From: Harriotta raleighana
Lineage: Eukaryota
Reading direction: 5' to 3'
DNA length: 64,000 nt
Assembly: GCA_050575255.1 (NCBI GenBank)
Contig: JBNZDD010013673.1
Span: 3,786,942-3,850,941 of the forward strand
Shown here: positions 1 through 10,075 of the stretch, one piece after another
Layout: each line of letters starts with the position of its first letter
Numbering within the stretch: position 1 is the first letter of the stretch
Made by a program: the position numbers and the translations under genes
The notes under the pieces: model-generated
Seen by the model: the letters and a program-made list of their open reading frames with translations, nothing else
Told to the model about the DNA's origin: nothing
The model's database searches: none

Positions 1-158
1 GGGGGGGGAGCTGGGGGTCAGTGTGTGTGGGGGGGGAGCTGGGGGTCAGTGTGTGTGGGGGGGGGAGCTGGGGGTCAGTGTGGGGGGGGGNGGGGTGGGG
101 GGAGCTGGGGGTCAGTGTGTGTGGGGTGGGGGGAGCTGGGGGTCAGTGTGGGGGGGGG
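1..158. repeat. G-rich minisatellite, unit about GGGGGGAGCTGGGGGTCAGTGTG(TG), about 5 copies, runs off the window edge
   Basis: Repeated ggagctgggggtcagtgtg units are directly visible; contains an N at 91. Confidence 0.9.
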
Positions 159-172
159 AGAGAGACTCTCAC

Positions 173-230
173 CTTGGGGGGGGTAAGCTTCCCCTTCACT
201 CGGATGAGAATGGCGACCTCAGGACAACGT
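173..230 (-). other. Non-coding first exon of a leftward housekeeping gene, probably UQCRQ
   Basis: Minus-strand donor CCAAG|GTGAGA (exon ends at 173), no ATG in the exon, directly downstream of a classic promoter. Identity is inferred only from synteny (UQCRQ neighbours GDF9 in human and has a non-coding exon 1). The TSS is approximate. Confidence 0.55.
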
Positions 231-312
231 CACTTCCGCCGGATGTGCGTGAGGGGGGAGGGAGTGGCGCATGCGCACTGCCTCCTGGGAGGGAAAGGGC
301 TCTGATTGGCTG
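205..312 (-). promoter_or_regulatory. CpG-rich housekeeping promoter with YY1, CRE half-site, ETS/GABP, NRF1 and CCAAT motifs
   Basis: AATGGCG (YY1, 209-215), ACGTCA (227-232), ACTTCCG (232-238), CCGGATGT (239-246), GCGCATGCGC (NRF1, 267-276), ATTGG (305-309). NRF1 plus GABP is typical of nuclear-encoded respiratory-chain genes. Confidence 0.8.
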
Positions 313-857
313 AGAGACTGGACAGGGACGTGGCCGAGTGACACCAGCTCAGCATAAATTACCATAACACAGCACAGGGCTGTGTATATACTGTAATAAC
401 AATCTCTGCATTACTAATACAATAATACCAATAATAATCAGAATAATATTATAATAACAAACTTTGCATGAATAATAATACAAAATAATTAATTTACCAA
501 TAATGATGAACCCTGAATTAATAATACCAATAATATTAATAATTTATAATGATGATAATATAATAGCAATAATATAACGATATGATAACCCTTGAATTAA
601 TTATACCAATATAATACTAACATAACTTACATTAATAATATAATACCAATACTGCACTGTATAATAACAACGCTTGCAGTAACAATAATAACATTACCTT
701 TGTATAGTGTTTCCCACGTTGGAAGGGTGTCCCAAATTAATAAAAATCCTTCCTTGCATTAATAATTATCATTGCACTAAGAATAATAAAGTAATAATAG
801 TAAACATAATCCTCACATTCGATATAGCGTATTTCAAGTCTTCTAGAAGCACCAAAC

Positions 858-1300
858 TTCGCTCCCCCATTACCCGAGTCCTTGCCAGACTTCACTGGAT
901 CTCTATCCCAGAGAGGATCGATTTCAAGATCCTCACCCTTATTTTCAAATCCCTCCACTCCTCTGCACCCCCCTACCTGTCCGACCTCCTCTCTCCTCAA
1001 ATCAGCACCCGTTGCCTTCGCTCCACCGGGTCCGGCATCCTCCATGTCCTCCAAATCCTCCGTTCCACACTCAGCGACCATGCTTTCAGCCACCTATGCC
1101 CTGAGGCTCTTGAACTCCCTTCCTCACTCCCTTCGCTTTGCCCCTCGTCCCAGTTTCAAGTCTCAGCTAAAGAATTTTCTCTTTGACCGCACCTTTGGTC
1201 ACCTTTCTACCCCTGGTTCATTCTCGGGATCTGTTGTTGTGAAGCGCTCTGAGACGCGGTCCGGCATGGAGGGCGCTCTATAAATCGAAGTTGTTGTTGC
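858..1300 (+). mobile_element. L2-clade LINE 3' fragment (end of ORF2, 3' UTR and (TTG)n tail)
   Basis: Translation PITRVLARLHWISIPERIDFKILTLIFKSLH..APPYLSDLL matches the L2 ORF2 C-terminus; ends gcgctctataaatcgaagttgttgttg. Confidence 0.85.
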
Positions 1301-1850
1301 CATCTCAAAGCGCATCACAGAATATACTGTAAAGTGAAGTGACTGTATATTTTGTGGGCGAAACACAACAGCCAATTGTGCACAACAGTGTCCCATAAAC
1401 AGTCGTGGATTGAAATGACCAATTCATTTTTTTTCCCCCCCATAAGGTTTCGACCTGGCTGTAATTGAACCCAAGTATCTCATCGTGGAGCCTTGTGGCT
1501 CAGTGGTTAGAGCACTCACCTTATAAGCAAGAGAACTGGGTTCAATTCAAGACAGACTGGGCACAGGTGTTTGAGGGACAATGGGAGTACTGAAAATATT
1601 TGGATAAATTGAGTAAACTAGTCGTGTGTATTGCAAGTTTTCTGAACCTGTTTGGAATCAACTCCAGGGACCACATTANTTCAATTCAAGACAGACTGGG
1701 CACAGGTGTTTGAGGGACAATGGGAGTACAGAAAATATTTGGATAAATTGAGTAAACTACTCATGTGTATTGCAAGTTTTCTGAAGCTGTTTGGAATCAA
1801 CTCCAGGGACCACATTGCAGTGTTACCATTTAAGATTAAGCCCTGTCCAT

Positions 1851-2156
1851 GGAATCCTGTTGCCCAGTGGTTAGAGCACTTGCCTCACAAATGAGAGAAC
1901 TGGATTCAATTCCTAGCAGTGCAAAACCTTGTGCAAGTTTCCTTACTCCACATGCCTAATAATAATCAGTCCAAAAAAATCAATAAATTATTCATTTGAA
2001 TCCACAACTGTTTGTGGGACACTGTTATGCAAAATTGGTTGCTCCACTTCACCTACAAATATACACATAATTCACTTTACAGTACAGTATATTGAGTGAT
2101 GCACTTTGAGACATCTAGAAGATGTGAAACGCACTATATCAAATGCAAGGATTATT
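1851..2156 (+). mobile_element. tRNA-derived SINE, near full length
   Basis: A-box cagtggttagagc, B-box-like gattcaattcc, body gtttgtgggacactg, tail atcaaatgcaaggattatt shared with dozens of copies in the window. Confidence 0.85.
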
Positions 2157-2329
2157 GGAAGGTAAGTGCTCTAACCACTGAGCCTGTAGCTGAGACCTGA
2201 GTAGAGACTCGAGTTATAGACGTAACTCAGGTCTCTACTGATACAATAATAATCTTTTCCTTAATATAATAAATGAATCATTTCATTATTAATTAAATAA
2301 TTATAATAATCTTTGCATGAATAATAATC

Positions 2330-2862
2330 AATACATTTTGATATAGCACCTGATCACGTCTTTGAGACATCTTGTGTTTTACAGAATATGCTGTAAATGG
2401 CAGACCCAGAAAACATCACCTCTGCCAGATGTGGGAAACAGTCAAGAAGTCAAACTCTCAAGTATAGTGACTGTATATTTTTTTCTCCAATCACAACCCG
2501 CAAACTGCACTTAGCAGTGTCCCACAACAATCATGAATTGAGTTAAAACATTTTCCTTTGAATAGAAAAACAATTGCGAACACGCTTTTGTCAAATGCAA
2601 GGATTGTTGTGATATAAGGCAAGTCAAAAAGTAAGTTGTTGTGAATTGTAAAGCAGAAAGATGTAATCACATCTTGTACCTACAACCCACAAACACTTGC
2701 GGATTGAAGCGACCAATTTATTTTGAAGTCAAAACCCCCAAAAAAACAATCCACCAAATTGATGAAGAATGGAGTTCCTACTTACTGCTAGATAAACAGA
2801 GACTTCGAGTAAGGAAACTTGCCCAACATTTTGCCCTGCTCGGAATCAAACCCAGATCCTCT
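2330..2862 (-). mobile_element. tRNA-SINE long form, degraded and interrupted
   Basis: Antisense tail (ttttgatatagcacc), central module cttactgctagataaacagag and head remnant aaggaaacttgcccaa. Confidence 0.65.
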
Positions 2863-3404
2863 TAATATTTATGATTATTATATTTCATAATTGTATTTCA
2901 CTTTAAGGTGACAGTGTTTGTAAACCAAATACAGTAAATTAACTCACCATAGTTCCCAATGCTTTCAATAACTGTTGGATTAATGGAATTTTAGAATGTT
3001 TTAGAATTTTATTGTTCAGTACTTACTTTATTGCTGAACTCAAGATTTGACCAGTGACAATATCTATTGAAATTGTGAATGTTACGATATATGGTGCTCT
3101 GTACCATATGCTGGATTGCTGACAGATAAACAGCCTATCTTTCTTTGGGAAAAGGACTTAACTACGGATAAGTGTCATGTGATTGTTGAACTGTGAAACA
3201 ATTATACTGTAAACATGGAAGTCTATGTAGATTACAGAACAAGCAAGTTATCAGAGTGGTAGAAGTCAGAACATTTTGAATGTTTCTCAATATTAAGATA
3301 AATCTTCCCAGAAACTCCACTCATGATTGGGATCAAAGGCTTCTATAATTTACCCGCCTGTTTGAAGTAGTTTAAAGAATTGTTTGAAAAAAGAAAAAAA
3401 TTGT

Positions 3405-3500
3405 ATTAGGAAAGAGTGGGACTAATTGGATGGCTCCTTCAAAGAGCTGCCACAAGGCACAGTGAGCTGAATGGCCTCCTTTGCTGTAGGATTCTACAGC
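3405..3500 (+). mobile_element. CR1-type LINE 3' end remnant
   Basis: gagctgaatggcctcct...gctgtaggattcta, the typical CR1 3' hairpin/tail; same motif at 10750, 21640, 22345 and 43090. Confidence 0.6.
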
Positions 3501-4811
3501 TTCTAAAAGTGGGTAGAATCATTTAGTAATTTGCCAATACAAATCACCAAGGTCATTGAAGCCAAGCACATTCAGGTCTTAAAAAAACTCAAGAGTCTAA
3601 CAATCAGCCTTTGGGGTAGCATTGAGATATTTGCCCTGTGATAAATTCCTGCTCTGGGTCTCGAAGACAAGTGGTAATTAGATGAAGCATCTCCCAAACA
3701 GAAAAGAATAAATCTGAACACAAAAATAGTTTGCTTTTTTTTATTGAAATATATACAATTTCTGGCCATAGCCTGCATTTGTCTTCACTTAACATTTTCC
3801 ATAATGAAGTATGAATCTACCAAGATACCAGCTAGGTATTTCTTCTTTTAAACTACACGTGGTCACAGAGTTGTGCAGATAATGCTTTGTATCACTTGTG
3901 TCCTTAAAAACATATTAAAATTACATCATTTCAGGGTTTCGGTGGAATGTCTGACAGCAGAGAGATGCCTCCTAACCAATGAAGCCAACTCTCCACAATG
4001 TGTCCATCTCAAGGTTGATTAGATCTACTTCACCTGGCAGAGTGTGGAGGCATTCTCACTACTGCCTATACACACCACCAAAAATCACCCAAGTGTGAAA
4101 TCTTGCAATAAAGACACTTCGTTCATAACTCCATGAAATTTCAATTTATTTATAGCATGGAAAAATCATTTCGGAATAAATATAGCAGCCCAGTTCCTAA
4201 AAGACACTCGAATAAGATTTCAGCCAGATTACCAAATAGTCATACAAAACTACCCCGTTTTGTAGGTGGGGAAGAAAGAGAAACTAGAAGCAGTGTTTTG
4301 GGGGTCTGCAGTAAAAAGAGAGTAAATCACTTTGCCTGTATTGCCAAGAAAAATGTCATTTTTTAATATAAACACTTATATACAATATTCAAATTTATGT
4401 TCCCTTCTGAAAAAAACATAAAAACAATTAAATTTCCCCCCCACAGACAGAATGATATGGAAAACAAAGCCACCAATTGCAAACGCCAGCAAGCACTCTG
4501 CATTGATGAATTTGAGGCCATACATCTTTTTGTGCAACACTTAACTATATTCCATCACAGGATGTCAGAACAGGCCAGTTGTACCATGTTGATTACATCA
4601 ATCGGGTGTTGTTTCGCGCATCAAATTAACACAAGCTCTAAGGTATAACTACATGTCAGGAGCTAGGCACCTGGGGAAGCGATGCCACCACCTTAATGAA
4701 GTGGGATTCCATCAATTCACTTTGTATCAGCTGTAGGGAGAAACCATGGTCAAAAGCTACAACCAATGCAAAGTTGTTGTTGTTGTTGTTTTTTTAAACT
4801 TGGTTTAAAGG

Positions 4812-4817
4812 TTTATT
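4812..4817 (-). terminator. Candidate GDF9 polyadenylation signal AATAAA (a proximal ATTAAA alternative lies at 5102-5107)
   Basis: tttatt on plus is AATAAA on minus, about 410 nt after the GDF9 stop. Usage is not demonstrated. Confidence 0.4.
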
Positions 4818-5229
4818 TTTAAATATTGAAGAATTGGCCAATTTTGGAGTCTTCAATAAAGTTTTTTTTTTAATATGATAACCAGCATTCAGAGCCAGTA
4901 AGTGGAGCTCGACTTAAGCACTAGGTGTCTATGGGCAGACTTCAGTCAGCTTGCCCTGAACCCATGATGAGAGCGATGCAAAGCTAGCAAAGCATCTCGC
5001 TGTCTGCTAGCCAGCATCGCTCTACCACAGCCACCGCATCGAGGCAATGCCTGTGGGATTAGCCGTCTCATCTCACTGCAAATAAAAAAACACTAAAACA
5101 ATTTAATACATTACATTTATGGCACTTTTCTTGGCTTTGCAGGAATGATACTATTTTTCCATGCTATGCAAGTCAGCGACAGCCTTCAGACTGATTCACA
5201 TACATTTCATTCCAGAGCCCAAACATACA

Positions 5230-6188
5230 CTACCGGCAGGTACAAGCAGTAGCAATCATGTCCTCATACTCTTTGTAGGTTACAGAACCGTCATTTTCTA
5301 GCGTTAAGACACTCAGGGGGCTGTAGCTAGCGGGAACACAAGAGGGTTGAGGGATGGGGGATTTGCCTTTCTCATACAGGATGTTCTGCACTAGAGTGTG
5401 AACAGGGGAGCCATAGCGGTGACCCAAAGCCCTAGGGCAGTTTCCCCTGCAGAAACGTGGGTTGTAGTTGTGTGGGGCAATGATCCAACGATCCCATCTG
5501 AGCTGACTGAAGGCCAGCCTGAAGTCATGGAGCCGACATTCCTCCCTGGGAAGCTGCAACCGGGGGAAGCTACGCACTTTCTGGGGTGCCTTCACCAATC
5601 CTCTTCGCTTGGGACCTCTGCGTTGGCGAATAGAGCGGGAACTCGAACGCCTCACCAGCTCTCGGCTTTGATGAGAGGGGGTTTTTGCTGGTGACTGCAC
5701 CTGAGCCAGTTTGGGGTGGGCGTTGAGCTCGGTTTCACCGTACCATCGCTGATGAGCTTGTCCACGAGTGTCATTGAGGAACAAAAGTAAGGAAGGGGCC
5801 ATCAGAGACAGTTTCAATGGGCTGCCATGGCCATCTCTGCTTCTGGTGATGTTGGGGTGAGACTGGTCTGGTCTCACACACCAATAACTGAATATCACGT
5901 GAAGACTCCCCTTGTGAAACCCAATAAAGGGTTGAAGAAATGAGGTCAGATCCACTTCCACCCACTTGTGCCTCTTCCTACGCTCTAGATGCAGTAAGAA
6001 GTCATGAGATCGTTGGGTGTTGGAGCAAGTCTGCAACTGAATTATCTCGTGGTCCTTAACCTGGAGATGGCAGTTGCACAAAACTGGGAAATTAACGGAT
6101 TTGTCCACTGAGTAGAGCAGCACTGATCGCAACAGATCCTCCATCACAAAATCCAATCCATAGTACACATCCTGCTCAAACGCTTCTC
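5230..6188 (-). CDS. GDF9: Growth differentiation factor 9, exon 2 (rest of prodomain, RQRR furin site, mature TGF-beta domain)
   Basis: Acceptor ctttgttttcAG at 6190-6189, phase 1. Mature domain CRLHDFRLAFSQLRWDRWIIAPH..CRGNCPRALGHRYGSPVHT..PSCVP..YKEYEDMIATACTCR has six Cys with Ser in place of the dimerising Cys, diagnostic of GDF9/BMP15; HRYGSPVHT indicates GDF9. Confidence 0.97.
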
Positions 6189-7749
6189 CTGAAAACAAAG
6201 AAAATAGACATCAAGTCTGATTTTCCTTTATTACAGTTGATCTGACTGACAAGTCACTGTTGCACATCAGGCATCACCACTTAACATTTGGTGTTGAGAA
6301 TATAATAATCCTTATATTTGTTAGTGCCTCATTGTTGAGATGTTACAATGCACTTCAGAATATATTGCAAAGTGGATTGCCTATATAATTTATGGGTGAA
6401 ACACAGCAGCCAATTGCCCACAGCAATGTCCCACATTCAGTGGTGAATCGAGTTACAATTTTTTTGTATGTGAGGAATCAATACACCCAGAAAGCAATCT
6501 GCCAATCAACCAACAGCTGGGTTCCTACTCAAGCTAAACAGAGCAAGGAAACATTCCTAAGGTTTCACCCAACCCCCAAAACATGGTTGTAGTAAATGCC
6601 CTACATGTGGGGCATAAATAATCCTTGCATTTGATCTAGTACTTTAGCAGCTCAATCCATCTTAAAAAGTATTTTATTAGCACAGGGTAATTGGGGTTAG
6701 TTAGATACATGGGACAATAATTGCTGAGCTCTGTGGCAACAGAGAAGCTGCCCACACACAGCCACTATGTGAATGAACAAATTTATCTGGGGATTGTTGC
6801 CCAGGACACCGAGAGAAAAAACTCCCTTCTCTATTATCACCCAAATTACACCTGTATAGCGTCTTTCACATCAGGCGGACATCCCAAGGCGTTGGATACC
6901 AGCATATCTGCCGCATTTCGTAGAATTTGACAAACAGGGCAGAGAGGGAAACCTATTCAAGGCAGACTTGGCACAGGTGGGGGAGGGACAAGGGGAGTAA
7001 AGAAAATATTTGGATAATTTGGTTAACTAATATGTGAGGATCTATTGCAAGTTTTCAGGACTTGTTTGGAATCTACTCCAGGGCACCACCACTTAGTTTT
7101 AAGATCAAGCTTAAGTCCCATCCATTGAGTTTTTTTTAAAAAAAATTAAACTCAGTGGTTAGAGACCTCGCAAGTGAGAGACCTGGGTTCAATGCCAGGC
7201 AGGGCAAGTTTCCTTACCCCACACACCTGATAATCCCTCAAAAAACAGAATAACTGGGTCACTCAATCCACGACTGTTTATGGGACACTTTACAATAGAT
7301 TCTACAAAGCACATTCAAACCTCTCGAAGATTATTATTTTTATTGTTAACGGTAGCAAACAGTTTCTAAAGATAACGCCTTTGAAAAAGATTGCAAGTAT
7401 TAAGTGCACTTGTAACAGGACAGAATAATATCGAGACGGCTCTGAGTGTGTCTCTCTCTCTCCTGTCGGGTGGAAGGAATAATCCAACACCTTTTAAACA
7501 AACAAAAATTCTGGAACGAAATCACGAGAGGGAGAGACAGTAGTTTGCAAACCGAGCTATTCCAACACAGTCGCAAAACTCTTGGACGAGATTGATTTGG
7601 TGATGGATGTGGGAGGCAAGAGAAAAATATTTTAAAATAATCATAAACACTGACATTTGGTAAAGGCATTGAGCAGAGAGATGTCTAGGGGTGTATATAC
7701 TGTGTATATGTATATATATATATATATATATATTAAAGAGAGTCCTCAC

Positions 7750-8080
7750 CAGTAGTTGGGGGATACAGAGCCCGAGGAGACAGCAGGCGGACAGTGTTGT
7801 AGTGATGACCTGTGCGCTTGTTGGGCAGCCCAGCCTGGGTGGCTGACATGGTGTAGAGGCGCCTCATGTATCTCAGGTACTTGGCGTCGGGTTTCCTTGG
7901 GGAGCTGGGGCCCCTGCCCTCGGCCTCCCTCGGGATGCCGTCCACCTCGTGGCTTGGAGGCAACTGGGGGTCCGTCCAGCCGCTGGAGATGTCGCCCAAA
8001 GCCAAGGCGTTCGAAGCCAACCAGAGACCGCAGCAGAAACACACAGCCAAGCCGCCTGGCATCCACATGGTGTCCAACAT
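7750..8080 (-). CDS. GDF9: GDF9 exon 1 (signal peptide and N-terminal prodomain)
   Basis: Hydrophobic signal, then PDAKYLRYMRRLYTMSATQAGLP..HHYNTVRLLSP, matching the GDF9 prodomain. Donor G|GTGAGG at 7750/7749. 331+959=1290 nt, i.e. 429 aa plus stop in frame. The start could be a slightly downstream Met. Confidence 0.93.
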
Positions 8081-8204
8081 AACAGCCCACCTCCTCCTCT
8101 CTGTGTGTCTGTCTCACTCACTGAGGTATCCCACTCATTGACTACTATATACCACACACACGAACACCTCTTTCCCTCTCTCTCTCTCTGCGCTTTCAAA
8201 GAAT

Positions 8205-8440
8205 CCCGCGTTATAAAGGAGCTCCGACGTTTCGTAGTAACAAGTCGTCAGTACGTCTCTCTCTCCCTCCTTGTTTAACCCGTGGGGAAGGGTCTCCAAG
8301 CTTATTTAACAACCAACAAATCATCCAATGAACCTCGCAGACCATCAGCAACGGTGGGGAGATTCCACGTTGAGAATGTGAGGGGTGATTTGCCAATGCA
8401 AAGCACGAGTCACCCAACCACCACCCACCCACCTGGTGGT
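8205..8440 (-). promoter_or_regulatory. Putative GDF9 proximal promoter: TATA-like TTTATAA (about 8211-8218) and E-box CAGGTG (8430-8435)
   Basis: Motif positions relative to the ATG; oocyte promoters commonly use E-boxes. Short motifs, inference only. Confidence 0.35.
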
Positions 8441-9449
8441 GTGCTTGGTGATGGTTGGAGGGGGCTGGTGTTTTGAGTGTTGAAGCAATCAAGTGGGCAA
8501 TCTGTTCAATGAATGCCCTTTGACAACCTTGTTTGGTGATGGTGGTGCTGGGGGGAGAGGGGGGGGGTTCTTGANGAGGGCATTTGTTTTTCCATTTGGG
8601 TAATAGCCCCAAACACACACACAAATGTCCCTCCCACCCACCCACCCCTCCCCTGTTTGATCCAATTCAGAATTTCTCATGTGGCATTGTTTGAAATGCT
8701 TCGTGTGTTTGAAAACAAACAAAAGTTCCTCAATCGAGCTTTCTTTTTCTCCCCCACCAACCAGAAAGGACCTTCGATGAACTTGTTTCTGTCGGATTTT
8801 GCAAATTTTTTTTGAGAAACCTGCCTCCTTTGCACAAACTTACTGTACCTTTTAATTCCAGGTATTGTTATTCCATATTTGGCTCATGATCTCTGTTCTG
8901 TTAAACTTTAACACCCCCCCATCCCCCCAACCACCCCTCTAAATTCTGGACCATTTGGATGTCTTTTCCAGCAATTTTCCTTCCAGCACACACTTTCTCT
9001 ATGTTTTGGCTTTAGACTTCAGAGTAATTTAACAGAGTAAATTAACCAGTTGATAATAATAATCCTTGTACAGTATTTAGTATAGTGCTTTATATCTAGT
9101 TGGTAATAGACCCTTTTTTAAAAAAAAAATCCAAATATTTGTGGGACACTGCTGTGTGCAATTGGCTGCTGCGTTTTGTCCACAAAATGTACAGGTCAAT
9201 TCACTTTACAGTCCTCATAATTTGAGGAAAGTGATGATAAACAAAATCTGAAGTTCATCTTAAACTTGTGTGTGGGTATATATATAGATATATATAAAAT
9301 GTATATATCTCTATATGCTAAAATGTTGGGGCAAGGAGACAGAAATTCAGTACCAGTGTTATTTCAATGGGATTATTTCACTCCTGCAGAGGGCAGCAAA
9401 TTAACTAACAAATAAATACTGCAGTATTTGATTTTGGTCAGCCGGGTAT

Positions 9450-9700
9450 CTGAATCATAGAATTACACAGCATAGAAGGAGACCATTTTGCCCATCGTGT
9501 CTGTACCAGATCTTTGAAAAGAGCTGTCAAATCAATCCCACTCCCCACAGCTCTGCAAACCTGTCCTCCCCAAATCATTTTCCACACTCTCCTAATAATT
9601 GTCGTCAAGTTAGCTTCTACCCCCACCCAGGCAATGCATTCCAAATCCGAACAACTCGCTGTGTGCAAATATTTCTTCTCACCTCCCCTCTGTTCCTTGC
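9450..9700 (-). mobile_element. CR1-type LINE 3' fragment
   Basis: Antisense tail atcatagaattacacagcatagaaggagaccatt..., continuing into ccaggcaatgcattccaaatc (WNALP-type ORF2 end). Confidence 0.65.
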
Positions 9701-9832
9701 AGAAACCCATCACCATGCTTAAGAGTATCCAAACCAAACTGAGATCTCCAGGAATCCCACCTGCATTTAAATATCGTAGAGACTGAGCAAAACAGACATT
9801 TCTCTTTGAATCTTAAATCGATTCTTTTTTTA

Positions 9833-10075
9833 AATAATCCTTGCATTTAACGTAGCTCCTTATCACATCTTCAGGAGATCGCAAAGTAAAGTACTTCACA
9901 GAGTATACTGTAAAGTGAATTGACTGTATATTTTGTGAGTGAAACGTGGAGAGGATTATTAACCCCAGAAAGTGATCCAGCAATCGACTTAAAGCTGGAT
10001 TTCTACTTACTGCTGGGTAAACAGAGTAGAGTTAACAAATTTGCCTATGGTTTTGTACCACCCAGGGATCAAACC
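9833..10075 (-). mobile_element. tRNA-SINE long form
   Basis: aataatccttgcattt tail and central cttactgctgggtaaacagag module. Confidence 0.7.

Noticed and set aside
21-313. Gly-rich ORFs at the window start and ATGGCG at 210
   Set aside because: Products of the G-rich minisatellite; ATGGCG is better explained as a YY1 site.
1541-1815. Direct duplication of about 135 bp
   Set aside because: The copies abut an N at 1679 and differ at a few bases: an unmerged contig or haplotype overlap.
4961-5010. ATGATGA..AAA hairpin resembling a SECIS or a C/D snoRNA C box
   Set aside because: Antisense to GDF9, no 3' GA for the SECIS quartet and no suitably placed CTGA D box.
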